A stretch of 63,712 bases of DNA, filler included, from Lama guanicoe (GCA_013239625.1; 185 parts of 185 records of this genome joined end to end with filler, not necessarily neighbours in it), one strand, 5' to 3'. Counted from the first letter of the whole stretch, positions 11,281-24,145 are shown. The notes: generated by a model not told the origin, from the sequence alone. A program made the numbers and translations.

Positions 11281-11725
11281 NNNNNNNNNNNNNNNNNNNN
11301 NNNNNNNNNNNNNNNNNNNNNNNNTTAATTAATTAANNNNNNNNNNNNNNNNNNNNNNNNNNNNNNNNNNNNNNNNNNNNCTGACCTAGTAATTCAGAAA
11401 AAATCATGTAGTAAAATCTGTAAAATTAAAATACAAAATTCTGGTTTGTAAACATCAAGCTGGCCAAGTCTATCCAGAGTCCTTCATGATAGTGGAATGG
11501 AATGAATAATTAATTCACTGCCTTATTAGCTGTGAGGGGGGGAAATTCCAGAACACAGCTTTTACACTTTCACAGTAATTATATTCAAAAGATACAAAGA
11601 AAGTCAGTGCAGTCTTCTTTTTTTTNNNNNNNNNNNNNNNNNNNNNNNNNNNNNNNNNNNNNNNNNNNNTTAATTAATTAANNNNNNNNNNNNNNNNNNN
11701 NNNNNNNNNNNNNNNNNNNNNNNNN

Positions 11726-11970
11726 GTATTTACTGTGAGCCTCATGAAAGAATAGGCTATGGAATCTTAATATAACATAAATATTTACCCATCAGTCATC
11801 ACGAAAGTGCAAAGAAGATAGGTCACGTTAACATTTAGTGTCCAGATCTCACTGGTTTGGTAGCACTCAGCTTTAGAACTTCTCCTGTCGCTAGAATTCA
11901 GAGGAAAGTCTACCAAACTTTGTAGGGGATCAATGTCATTATAACTCCATTATTTCTCTTATTTTTCTCT
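11726..11970 (+). repeat. Near-duplicate contig, copy A (238/245 identical to 12761-13005)
   Basis: Same ends and 7 substitutions at offsets 50, 75, 79, 102, 131, 165 and 196; no indels. Confidence 0.97.
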
Positions 11971-12099
11971 NNNNNNNNNNNNNNNNNNNNNNNNNNNNNN
12001 NNNNNNNNNNNNNNTTAATTAATTAANNNNNNNNNNNNNNNNNNNNNNNNNNNNNNNNNNNNNNNNNNNNAACAGGAATGTACCAGGAAACCTTGGTGC

Positions 12100-12315
12100 A
12101 AATTGGTGGAAATTTAAATGGGTATAGCTACTATGGAAAACAGTATGGAAGTTCCTCCAAAAATTAAAAATAGAACTACAATATGATCCAGCAATTCCAC
12201 TCCTAAGTGTATATCGAAAGATGAAATTACTACCTTAAAGAGATACATGCACTCCCACGTTCATTGCAGCATTATTCACAGTAGCCAAGACACGGGAACA
12301 ACCCACATGTCCATT
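12100..12315 (+). mobile_element. LINE-1 ORF2 3' end (L1MA/MB-like)
   Basis: ctactatggaaaacagtatggaagttcctc.aaaaattaaaaatagaactac.atatgatccagcaattccactcc. Confidence 0.9.
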
Positions 12316-12415
12316 NNNNNNNNNNNNNNNNNNNNNNNNNNNNNNNNNNNNNNNNNNNNTTAATTAATTAANNNNNNNNNNNNNNNNNNNNNNNNNNNNN
12401 NNNNNNNNNNNNNNN

Positions 12416-12660
12416 CTCAAAAAGACACATATAGCAGCATTATTTGCAACAGCCAACACATGGAAGCAACCTAAATGTCCATTGACAGATGAATGTATAA
12501 AGAAGATGTGGTAAATATGTGTGGAATACTGTATGAATTAATGCCATTTGAAGCTACACGGATGGGCCTAGAGATGATTATCCTACATGAAGTAAGCCAG
12601 ACAGAGAAAAAGTAATATCATGTGATATCACTTACATGTGGAATCTAAAAAAGTGACACA
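12416..12660 (+). mobile_element. LINE-1 ORF2 end / 3' UTR start
   Basis: catggaagcaacctaaatgtccattgacagatgaatg.ataaagaagatgtggta...atgtggaatctaaaaa. Confidence 0.92.
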
Positions 12661-12760
12661 NNNNNNNNNNNNNNNNNNNNNNNNNNNNNNNNNNNNNNNN
12701 NNNNTTAATTAATTAANNNNNNNNNNNNNNNNNNNNNNNNNNNNNNNNNNNNNNNNNNNN

Positions 12761-13005
12761 GTATTTACTGTGAGCCTCATGAAAGAATAGGCTATGGAAT
12801 CTTAATATACCATAAATATTTACCCATCAGTCATTACGTAAGTGCAAAGAAGATAGGTCACATTAACATTTAGTGTCCAGATCTCACTGGCTTGGTAGCA
12901 CTCAGCTTTAGAACTTCTCCTGTCACTAGAATTCAGAGGAAAGTCTACCAAACTTGGTAGGGGATCAATGTCATTATAACTCCATTATTTCTCTTATTTT
13001 TCTCT
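12761..13005 (+). repeat. Near-duplicate contig, copy B (238/245 identical to 11726-11970)
   Basis: Direct base-by-base comparison. Confidence 0.97.
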
Positions 13006-16000
13006 NNNNNNNNNNNNNNNNNNNNNNNNNNNNNNNNNNNNNNNNNNNNTTAATTAATTAANNNNNNNNNNNNNNNNNNNNNNNNNNNNNNNNNNNNNNN
13101 NNNNNTCTGATCAGTTTTTCTCCCAGTAAAACTTTACCTAACCATCCCTCTAGCTGGCCTCGTCTCCTCCCGTTTCCTGGAATTCTACTCATATGGATGC
13201 CCCTGTAATAGTGTGTCTCTAGTGTTCCGCTGGACAGAGCACCTCCAAAGTAGCTTGGTACGTGCCGGCCACATCTGGATTCACAGAGCTACTGTGACTA
13301 ATCAAAAAGTCATACCTCCCTTTGGTGTGCACTGCATTTCAACGTGCCATNNNNNNNNNNNNNNNNNNNNNNNNNNNNNNNNNNNNNNNNNNNNTTAATT
13401 AATTAANNNNNNNNNNNNNNNNNNNNNNNNNNNNNNNNNNNNNNNNNNNNAATCTCAAGCGGATTTTCACTTTTATGGAAAAAAAGCAAAAAGCCAGAAC
13501 AGCGCGGGGTGTTTGTTTTAGCTCGAGCCATCAGAGGGGCAACGAGCACCCCGAGCAGCGAGAGGGGCCCCAACGAGCTCCTTCCGCAGAGCCACACTCA
13601 AGTGTCCCGGCATCACGCCGCCATGGCTTTGGACTGTGTCTGTGAACGCCTGTGCTTCATGCATATTTATTTCATGCATCCACCAGCAAGATGTGNNNNN
13701 NNNNNNNNNNNNNNNNNNNNNNNNNNNNNNNNNNNNNNNTTAATTAATTAANNNNNNNNNNNNNNNNNNNNNNNNNNNNNNNNNNNNNNNNNNNNTTCCT
13801 TTAGAAACACATTAAAATAATTCAGCAGAAGACCTAAAGCTTTTTGGTTTCCTGCCTCATAGCTGCTCCCTGACCAGCATTAGCTGTGTAGACTATATGA
13901 CAGGAGCTCTGCCAGGCCACACTCAGGCAGGGATTCCCAGTCCACTCCCTGACTCCAGCCTGCTGGAATGAAGCATTTTCAATATTGTCCGATTACGGAG
14001 TTTGAAGGTTTTTGTTTTTGTTTTTCTTTAGTTCACTGCTNNNNNNNNNNNNNNNNNNNNNNNNNNNNNNNNNNNNNNNNNNNNTTAATTAATTAANNNN
14101 NNNNNNNNNNNNNNNNNNNNNNNNNNNNNNNNNNNNNNNNTTCCTTTCTGTTGCTGCTGCCTTGTTCTGCCCCTTGGATCCCTGGGTCATCCTCCTCCAA
14201 CACTCCTCTCACTGTCGAAAATCCATCAGCCCCCCTCACCTCCTCCCCTGAACTACTTCAGACACAAATATACACGAGGTAATACCACATACGCCCATGT
14301 ACTCACCTCCAGGAACTTGATTCTAAAAATTATTTTCTCCATGCCAGTCTAGTTTAAATGGGACGTCTGAGAATTTGTTTTCCATNNNNNNNNNNNNNNN
14401 NNNNNNNNNNNNNNNNNNNNNNNNNNNNNTTAATTAATTAANNNNNNNNNNNNNNNNNNNNNNNNNNNNNNNNNNNNNNNNNNNNTTCACTGTGGACACG
14501 ATGCTGAGTTCGTTTTCTCTTCATGGAGTCACACACTTTCAGGAGACATGAATTATCACAGCTGCCTCTGTTCCCAAATCCCCGGTGTACAGAATTTGTT
14601 CTGTAATTTCACTTTGGCCCCTATACACTCTTGGTGCTACTGAATTATTTCAGGATACAGCCTTCTTTGGTGGCTTGGCCAGAATGTCTTGAATGTTCAC
14701 CTCTCCATCCAGAGAAACAGGAGCTGAAGANNNNNNNNNNNNNNNNNNNNNNNNNNNNNNNNNNNNNNNNNNNNTTAATTAATTAANNNNNNNNNNNNNN
14801 NNNNNNNNNNNNNNNNNNNNNNNNNNNNNNAGAGCCCTCCGCGCAGGGGAGAGGGAACCCACTCCCCAAGCAGGGGGATTTGAAGTCTTGCTGATTTTCG
14901 GGATCTGCATCCTCGTGCTCGTGCCAGCCAGATGGGCTCCGAGGAAGGTGGGCGTTGTAAAGGGCACTCTCAAAGCCGGCATTCTCTGGGCGCTTTAGTT
15001 TCTGACTTGCAGTTTAGCCGTTGCTACACATTTATTCCATTCAGTTACTTGTTACGTGTTTAGGCACCGTGCGCCNNNNNNNNNNNNNNNNNNNNNNNNN
15101 NNNNNNNNNNNNNNNNNNNTTAATTAATTAANNNNNNNNNNNNNNNNNNNNNNNNNNNNNNNNNNNNNNNNNNNNTGTGTGCATGCTCACATGCATACCA
15201 ATATTCTTGGTTCCCCTGCTCCCAGCACTAACTCCCAGGGAGATATAGATAAAATACTTAAATAGCTTCCGTGAGAGTCGTTGACATGCCAAGTCATTTC
15301 ATTCCCTCAATTTTAAGTTTTCCAGAAGAAATAAAGGTAGTTTCTAAATGGCCTACTGGTTTTGGGGGGGGAAAAGTCTCCCACCATGTCTCCAAAGCTG
15401 GCTTGGGGTAGAGGACAAAGNNNNNNNNNNNNNNNNNNNNNNNNNNNNNNNNNNNNNNNNNNNNTTAATTAATTAANNNNNNNNNNNNNNNNNNNNNNNN
15501 NNNNNNNNNNNNNNNNNNNNCCCTAGAACCAACAGCCAGGCTGTGCGCCCCTGCCTTCAGCCACGAAGTTGCACTGCCTTCCTGGGTTTTCTCCACCAGG
15601 AGAAGGAATCCGAGGGCCCAGCGAAGAAAACACCCTGGGCGAGTGTCTTCCTCCAAGCAACAGCCTCCCCTCCGTCCTCAAGATGTCTGCAGATGGGGAA
15701 ACAGAGGCACAGAAGCATTAGGCGAAGTCTGTGAATCCACCGGATGACCAGAAATCCCCCTAAACNNNNNNNNNNNNNNNNNNNNNNNNNNNNNNNNNNN
15801 NNNNNNNNNTTAATTAATTAANNNNNNNNNNNNNNNNNNNNNNNNNNNNNNNNNNNNNNNNNNNNAGAAATAATAGTATACATTTTGACTGGCTTCCTGG
15901 GCCAGCCTACAGTACAGATCTCACTCAATAAATGGCCATATTACCCTTTTTGCATTCAAAGTTCTAGAATTCAACATTTGGCAAATTTATCTGACCTACC

Positions 16001-16555
16001 ATATTCTGTCTACATTATAGGTTAAATAGACTAGGTTGGAACCTGAGCAACAATCGTAAACCTCCATCTGAAATATGGTTCTCTCTGATATTCATTAATT
16101 AATTCATTAANNNNNNNNNNNNNNNNNNNNNNNNNNNNNNNNNNNNNNNNNNNNTTAATTAATTAANNNNNNNNNNNNNNNNNNNNNNNNNNNNNNNNNN
16201 NNNNNNNNNNCGTGCAGAGCAGAGCCCGCACACGGGACGCTTCTCTATAGGCCGGTGTCTGGGGAGCTGGGACCCCAGAGGCTTGGGCTGTGAGATGGAG
16301 TCGTGGGCAGGGGGGCTGTGTCCCCCGTACCCTCTGTGCTGGCCCCGTGGAGGCCGCTCACCTGGCCCAGGGGAGTCAGCCTGAGAGAGCCCAGCCTGGG
16401 GCTGCTGGGCGGGAAGCTGGGGGAGGGCCTGACCCCCGGCCTTGAACAAAGCGTANNNNNNNNNNNNNNNNNNNNNNNNNNNNNNNNNNNNNNNNNNNNT
16501 TAATTAATTAANNNNNNNNNNNNNNNNNNNNNNNNNNNNNNNNNNNNNNNNNNNN

Positions 16556-16800
16556 AAAAAAGCCCAAGTTGTTACCTGTGCTTCTGGCCAATTGGCTGCA
16601 AATCAGATATTCTCATGACCCCTCTCCTCAGGCTAGATTAATTTTTTAGAGCAGCTCACAGAACTCCGAGGAACATTTTACTTACTAGGCGACCAGTATA
16701 TTATAAAAGGAACATCTAGATGAAAAGATGCATAGGGCAAAGCTGGAAGGGCATGGAGGCTCCACACTCTCTCAAAGTGATGCATTCTCCCCGTATCGCC
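16556..16800. mobile_element. MER21-like LTR fragment
   Basis: acctgtgcttctggccaattggct...ttagagcagctcacagaactc.gaggaacattttactta resembles the recalled MER21 group. Confidence 0.65.
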
Positions 16801-17245
16801 NNNNNNNNNNNNNNNNNNNNNNNNNNNNNNNNNNNNNNNNNNNNTTAATTAATTAANNNNNNNNNNNNNNNNNNNNNNNNNNNNNNNNNNNNNNNNNNNN
16901 TCCTTATCTCTAAAAACACCGAGCTTATCTTTTTGTTGGCATTTCTGTGTTGAGGGCAATCTTAAAAATACAGCCTTTACAATGAACCTTACCTGGGCAA
17001 ACACACTCACATACACAAATGTTTACCCTGAGTAGCAGTGTCTGTCACCAAATTTTTAGGGCTTATGAATATTGATGCTGCTTCTTCCTTTCTTGTTTTT
17101 TTTTAATGTTTTAAATTAAAAAAAATTTTTTAATTTTATTTTTTTNNNNNNNNNNNNNNNNNNNNNNNNNNNNNNNNNNNNNNNNNNNNTTAATTAATTA
17201 ANNNNNNNNNNNNNNNNNNNNNNNNNNNNNNNNNNNNNNNNNNNN

Positions 17246-17490
17246 GATATTTCAATTATGCATTGGAAGCAGGGGTTATAAGCCACAGGATACACTTTGG
17301 AATGAATAGTTCTAGTGTGAGATGGATCTGAGCTAAAATTCCATTGATTGTCTGACCTCCAGCAGCCCACTCTGATTGGTGGATGGCAGTAACATTTCGG
17401 ATCATCAGAAATTAGCATCAGTTCAGAGCCAATGTCCAGTGATCCATGGAAGTTTGATTATTTCCTGTTTCCCAAGACATCATAACCTGG
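17246..17490 (-). mobile_element. Degenerate ERV-L internal fragment (aspartic protease region)
   Basis: Minus strand ...SWETGNNQT / SLDIGSELMLISDDPKCYCHPPIRVG / GGQTINGILAQIHLT vs recalled ERVL WGKGNDQT.RGLLDTGSELTLIPGDPKRHCGPPVRVGAYGGQVINGVLAQVRLT; frameshifted. Confidence 0.85.
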
Positions 17491-17590
17491 NNNNNNNNNN
17501 NNNNNNNNNNNNNNNNNNNNNNNNNNNNNNNNNNTTAATTAATTAANNNNNNNNNNNNNNNNNNNNNNNNNNNNNNNNNNNNNNNNNNNN

Positions 17591-17786
17591 CAGTCTTCAA
17601 TAATTTACATGAGATATTGAACACTTTATTTTTAAAAAACACTTAGCCATAACATAAGTATTCTGAGTATGTGTACGGTAGGCTAGGCTAAGCTATGATA
17701 TTCAATAGGTTAGGTGTATTAAATGTGTTTTCAACTTAAAATGGGTTAATCAGGACATAACCCCATCGTAAATTAAGGAAGATCCT
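17591..17786. mobile_element. MER47/Tigger5-like DNA transposon end
   Basis: ggtaggctaggctaagctatgatattc.ataggttaggtgtattaaatg...ggacataaccccatcgtaa. Confidence 0.75.
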
Positions 17787-18653
17787 TATAGCCCTGAGCA
17801 CTGTCACCTGCACTTCTGACCAGGCCCTCACAGGCNNNNNNNNNNNNNNNNNNNNNNNNNNNNNNNNNNNNNNNNNNNNTTAATTAATTAANNNNNNNNN
17901 NNNNNNNNNNNNNNNNNNNNNNNNNNNNNNNNNNNCTAAATAACCACACTACACCTATTAAAATCAAAAAGTTAATGTTGAAACATTAATGTCTTCTAAT
18001 CTTTAAACGACTCCCACCCATTTAAGTTTCACTACTTGTTGTAGTAGCAACATTGTAGCAAAAGGATCCAGTTCAGAACCACACATTGCATTTAGCTGCC
18101 CTGTCTTTTCAGTATCCTTCAATCCCAGTGTCCTGCAGTCTGGAACAGTTCCTCAGGCTTTCCTTGATTTTCATGACTTTNNNNNNNNNNNNNNNNNNNN
18201 NNNNNNNNNNNNNNNNNNNNNNNNTTAATTAATTAANNNNNNNNNNNNNNNNNNNNNNNNNNNNNNNNNNNNNNNNNNNNGGCCTCTCCCGTGGCCCACC
18301 ATGCCCATCTGTCCAGTCTTTGGGCCTGAGCCCAGCCCCCTTCCTCCTGGCCAAACTAAGTCAAGGCTGATTGCAGTGCTCCTTCCCAAGCAGGTCAGGG
18401 CTCTGAGTCACAGGAACTGGGGGGCTGGCAGAGGAGATGGGGGCTGCAGGGTCTCCAGACAATGATAAAGAGCTCTGGAGCTTTAAAGCATTGGAACCAG
18501 GGTAAAAGTAGTTACCTCATTCTGGNNNNNNNNNNNNNNNNNNNNNNNNNNNNNNNNNNNNNNNNNNNNTTAATTAATTAANNNNNNNNNNNNNNNNNNN
18601 NNNNNNNNNNNNNNNNNNNNNNNNNCCCCTCCTTTAAAACACGCAGTTTCAGA

Positions 18654-18780
18654 GGGGAGGGCACAGCCCTCTGGTAGACTGCAAGCTTAGCCTGCACGAG
18701 GTTCTGGGTTCAATTCTCAGTACCTCCATTAAAAATAAATAAGTAAATAAATCTAATTACCTCCTTCCCCTCCAAAAAAA
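18654..18780 (+). mobile_element. Camelid-type tRNA-derived SINE (Vic-1-like), full length with degenerate target-site duplication
   Basis: ggggagggcacagc..ctggtaga...gcttagc.tgcacgaggttctgggttcaat (A/B boxes), AT-rich tail and ctaattacctcc; flanked by aaaacacgcagtttcag and aaaatcgcagttttaag. Confidence 0.85.
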
Positions 18781-20429
18781 TCGCAGTTTTAAGGTTGATG
18801 CACAGAATGATTTCAGAATAAAATTCAGTGGAGCTGTTGATGAAGACCTGGGTGGGAAGGAAGGCTTCAANNNNNNNNNNNNNNNNNNNNNNNNNNNNNN
18901 NNNNNNNNNNNNNNTTAATTAATTAANNNNNNNNNNNNNNNNNNNNNNNNNNNNNNNNNNNNNNNNNNNNGTTTTGCATATTAATTTTTCTGTGTGGAAC
19001 TTTAAGTACTATGGAATTGAGTCTCATTTTGCTAAAACATAGTTACCTTCCTGGTGGTGGCTGGAAATGTTCAGTGCCTAGGATGAATACAAGTGTTTGT
19101 TGAATTTAAATTAAGGTAAAGGAAACTTTGAGACTTAATTCTTACTTGATGAGCAGTAAGGGATTTTGGAATTCATTTGATGTCTTTCCTCTTCCCATTG
19201 CACAGTGGAGAAACANNNNNNNNNNNNNNNNNNNNNNNNNNNNNNNNNNNNNNNNNNNNTTAATTAATTAANNNNNNNNNNNNNNNNNNNNNNNNNNNNN
19301 NNNNNNNNNNNNNNNTTCTGGTTTTCACTCACTTGTGGGCCATACCAAGTTCCTCTACTTCAGGTCTGTGTTCTAATTTCTGAGTATGTTCTTCCTTGGA
19401 CTCTTCCAGTTTTTAAAAAAATTAGCTTTCTGTCAAACACCAAAACTCAAATGTCATGTCTTCAGAGAGGAATTTCCTGACCCTTTGATCAAGAAACTTC
19501 CCCTTACTTAACATGTGCACAGCTATCATTTATCATCATCATGTGTTCATTTCCTTTATANNNNNNNNNNNNNNNNNNNNNNNNNNNNNNNNNNNNNNNN
19601 NNNNTTAATTAATTAANNNNNNNNNNNNNNNNNNNNNNNNNNNNNNNNNNNNNNNNNNNNTTCCTTTTAATAATTACTGGTTGATCTTCCTAAGGGGAAA
19701 AGAAAAAAAGCAGTAAAAATCTTTCGCTCTGCATTATGCAATGGTTTGTCTTCCCAAAATAGGATTGAGAGTTCCCTCATCAGAGGCCTCAAATCCCAGC
19801 TGCGTCTCCTAAAAAACACGTGATCCTGGGTTTGGTGCTTCACTGCTCTCAGTGCGATTCCCTCACCTGATAAACATTGCTAACTGGAGTAGAATTTACC
19901 GAGTCNNNNNNNNNNNNNNNNNNNNNNNNNNNNNNNNNNNNNNNNNNNNTTAATTAATTAANNNNNNNNNNNNNNNNNNNNNNNNNNNNNNNNNNNNNNN
20001 NNNNNGCTCTCTGTTTAACCTTCCAGAGGCCTTACAGGTGCTGTTGAGCTCAGTGCTCAAAATGGTGGTGGTGTAGACCGAGCCGGCCGGGGCTTCTCAA
20101 GTGAGCTGTGTGCAGTTGTAGCTTTAAAGATGATGGGTCTGAGCTGGGCCTTGACACTGAGCTGAAACCGCATTGTCATTGCCTGCCTCCCTTGAGTCAC
20201 GCACTCTTCCTGATTTGGCACTCAAGTTCCTTATAGATTAACGGATCAATNNNNNNNNNNNNNNNNNNNNNNNNNNNNNNNNNNNNNNNNNNNNTTAATT
20301 AATTAANNNNNNNNNNNNNNNNNNNNNNNNNNNNNNNNNNNNNNNNNNNNTCTGAGTCCCTAAGCCTGTCACTTCTCCGCATCTGTGGGCCCCACGGCAT
20401 TCTGGGTAAAGTGCAGCGTTTGGACGCCG

Positions 20430-20595
20430 GCTCTCTCCTTTTACTAGCTGTGAGATCTTGAGCGAAGCCCTACAAAACAGTCCTAAATCCATAAAACGGG
20501 AACGATGGCCATGCCTACTTCTCAGGGCTGTTTGGGAATTAAATGCTGCACGTGCAGCACAAGGCGTGCCTGGTGTTCAGCAAGTGCTCAATGGG
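20430..20595 (+). mobile_element. MIR SINE fragment
   Basis: actagctgtgagatcttgagc...cctacttctcagggctgttt.ggaattaaatg...gtgcctgg...aagtgctcaat. Confidence 0.75.
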
Positions 20596-22075
20596 NNNNN
20601 NNNNNNNNNNNNNNNNNNNNNNNNNNNNNNNNNNNNNNNTTAATTAATTAANNNNNNNNNNNNNNNNNNNNNNNNNNNNNNNNNNNNNNNNNNNNTTCCT
20701 ACCAGCATAGTCCCTTCTAGGGTTTTTGACCTAAAAAGTTCTTTAGAGTATTTTTTTCTTTGCTATCTACTTCCCCCTCTATTTTTTTCTCTTTCTATTC
20801 TCTACTTTATCATCTAGACACCTGGGTAGCTCCCAAATGAAGAGAGCTTTACAAATTCTAAGGGTGATTTGTAGGTAAATTTAGAAAATGACTTTTTTAC
20901 CTTTAAGTTTCATGCCATAAAAATGAATATAAACTTTCATNNNNNNNNNNNNNNNNNNNNNNNNNNNNNNNNNNNNNNNNNNNNTTAATTAATTAANNNN
21001 NNNNNNNNNNNNNNNNNNNNNNNNNNNNNNNNNNNNNNNNAATTGTTGGTGTTTACATTTAAATAGACATGCAAGGCTTTTTCAGTTTTGAATATACTTA
21101 ATCATATATTTCTTGTTTTTTTTTTTTTTGTTGTTGTTGTTTTTCATTCTAAATTATATGTTAGCTGTCAGGAAGATCACCTGATTTCCTAAGTACACTG
21201 GGGGAGGTGCTGCGTTATTTTTCCCAAGTGTTGCTCGTGCATTTCCATTTGAAATTAATCACTTAGTACTAATTCACATAGATGCNNNNNNNNNNNNNNN
21301 NNNNNNNNNNNNNNNNNNNNNNNNNNNNNTTAATTAATTAANNNNNNNNNNNNNNNNNNNNNNNNNNNNNNNNNNNNNNNNNNNNTGGATAAATGTAATT
21401 ATGCAGTTTATTAGAAAAAGCAGTATCATTGCATATATCTTCTTTTATAAAAGATTTAAAAGGCAATTGCAAAAAACGCTATGTATATAATTGCATTGTT
21501 AAGCCTATGACAAGTAATGTATTTTTAAATAAAAATACATATAACAAATATATTTGTTGACAAATACATTTAATAAGATATATTTAACAATAGCAAAAGA
21601 CAAGTAATATGTTTAACAGCAAGAGCACAANNNNNNNNNNNNNNNNNNNNNNNNNNNNNNNNNNNNNNNNNNNNTTAATTAATTAANNNNNNNNNNNNNN
21701 NNNNNNNNNNNNNNNNNNNNNNNNNNNNNNAGACAGGCAGGGACACCAGCAAAACCTTGGCCACAGAGAAAAACAAGCTGGTGTCTCATTTCAATTCTCT
21801 AGCAGTTTCTGATACGGTAGATAAACTGAGTATTTTTTAAAGTTTGAGTTTCTCTGGCCATAAATTGAAAATATGGAACAAAATAATCACTACAGGAAAA
21901 AAAGTCATTATTTAATTATATGTATAATGAAATAAGTTTTCTATAGAGATTTTGAAAGAAATACATCATATGTATNNNNNNNNNNNNNNNNNNNNNNNNN
22001 NNNNNNNNNNNNNNNNNNNTTAATTAATTAANNNNNNNNNNNNNNNNNNNNNNNNNNNNNNNNNNNNNNNNNNNN

Positions 22076-22320
22076 GAAATATCAAGAAAGAGAAAATATA
22101 AGAATACATCAAAAAGAAATTCTGGAGTGGAGAAGTACAATACCTTGAATGAAACTAGATGCATTCAAAAGCAGATTTGAGCAGAAGAAAGAATTAGTGA
22201 ACTAAAAGATAAAACAATTGAAATTATCAAGTCTGAGGAATAGAAAGAATAAAGATTGAAGAAAAGCAAAGGAATCCTTAGAAACCTGTGGAAAATCTTC
22301 AAGAGGATCAACATACATTG
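22076..22320 (+). mobile_element. LINE-1 ORF1 fragment (old L1M)
   Basis: aaagaaattctggag...gcagatttgagcagaagaaagaattagtgaact.aaagata...aaattatcaagtctgaggaa. Confidence 0.85.
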
Positions 22321-23455
22321 NNNNNNNNNNNNNNNNNNNNNNNNNNNNNNNNNNNNNNNNNNNNTTAATTAATTAANNNNNNNNNNNNNNNNNNNNNNNN
22401 NNNNNNNNNNNNNNNNNNNNCCTGCCATATGCCAGAACGTTGCTCACTGCCTGTTCATCCCAGAGGCGTCGGTCCACGAAGGAAGGGTCCAAAGAGCGCA
22501 AATCCACCCTCTCTGCCTGGGTATGTAAATAAATCTCAGCCTCGCCCGTGAAGTTGCAGGGCTGCTGGGTATGAATTCAGCTTTCAGCCCCGCCTCTGCA
22601 CAGCAGCAATGACTACAACTGAGCCCCACCTCTCTTCTTGGGAGAACACACAAACAATGGAGCCANNNNNNNNNNNNNNNNNNNNNNNNNNNNNNNNNNN
22701 NNNNNNNNNTTAATTAATTAANNNNNNNNNNNNNNNNNNNNNNNNNNNNNNNNNNNNNNNNNNNNAATGGCAGGAGTTGCTGCCAGGGTTTGCTGGGCCC
22801 CAGCCCTCCAGTCAGCCAAGAGGAGAAAGACCTATGGTGAGAGGTGCAGAGCGCTGTATGCTGGGCACAGGAAGGAGAACCCTGGCGTCCTGTTTCTCTT
22901 CCCTACCTTGAAGCATCATATCACAATAGCAAAAGAAGTGGTACTAAGCAGTCATGAGTGAATGGACTCCTGAGCCCAGCCACTCCAGGGATGGAGGTCA
23001 GGCAACCTGGNNNNNNNNNNNNNNNNNNNNNNNNNNNNNNNNNNNNNNNNNNNNTTAATTAATTAANNNNNNNNNNNNNNNNNNNNNNNNNNNNNNNNNN
23101 NNNNNNNNNNAGTTAAAAAAGGCTAAGGATGCGAAACAGAAATTGGAGAAACAGATCACACAAGAGGCAACCTGTATCCATGGCGTTGGCCATCTTTAGG
23201 AAACAGCCCAAGCATAGAGGTTCCCTAGGGCCTGGGTGAGGCTGTCATGTGTGCACAGTAGGACAACTGCAGCACAGACAATGTCCCAAAATAATAAAGA
23301 TCACTTGGGCTAATATAACAGAGAAGGACTGAGAAGCCAGAGGCATCAGGAAACCNNNNNNNNNNNNNNNNNNNNNNNNNNNNNNNNNNNNNNNNNNNNT
23401 TAATTAATTAANNNNNNNNNNNNNNNNNNNNNNNNNNNNNNNNNNNNNNNNNNNN

Positions 23456-23700
23456 AATTGCAAACTAATCTATAGTGACAGAAAGGGAATCAATGGTTGG
23501 GAAGGGTGGGAACAGTGTGGAGAGTCAGAAGAGGCAGATTACAAAGGCGCATAAAGAAATTCTTCAGGATGGTGGACGTACTCATTTTCTTGATTGCGGT
23601 GCTGGTTTCACAGGTGTACATGTGTGTCAAAACTTTCAGACTGTATACTCTAAATGTGTACAGTTATGTATATCAACCTCAATAAGCCTATTTAAATATT
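23456..23700 (+). mobile_element. L1ME/MD-like 3' end
   Basis: caaactaatctatagtgacagaaag...ttcttgattgcggtgctggtttcacaggtgtaca...gtcaaaact...tcaataa. Confidence 0.8.
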
Positions 23701-24145
23701 NNNNNNNNNNNNNNNNNNNNNNNNNNNNNNNNNNNNNNNNNNNNTTAATTAATTAANNNNNNNNNNNNNNNNNNNNNNNNNNNNNNNNNNNNNNNNNNNN
23801 CTATGTTTTTCAAGATGATGTGTATCGTGGGAGCAGGTGGGTATCTGACTCTTCTCCCGGATGAGACATCTAATGTTGAGAGAGCTTAAAGGCCTTGTCC
23901 ACAGAAGATGGGGTTTTGCATGATTTACTCACATGTCCATGAGGAATGGATCGGGCCGTGAAACTTTTAATCAGGTCTGTGGCTAAAGGCAGGTGTGGAG
24001 GCTTCCCGTGTGCCCACAGGCTCACACTGGAGGAAGCCCTGAGCTNNNNNNNNNNNNNNNNNNNNNNNNNNNNNNNNNNNNNNNNNNNNTTAATTAATTA
24101 ANNNNNNNNNNNNNNNNNNNNNNNNNNNNNNNNNNNNNNNNNNNN

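Noticed and set aside
18654..18730. tRNA gene
   Set aside because: The A/B boxes belong to a SINE with an AT-rich tail and TSD; no intact cloverleaf.
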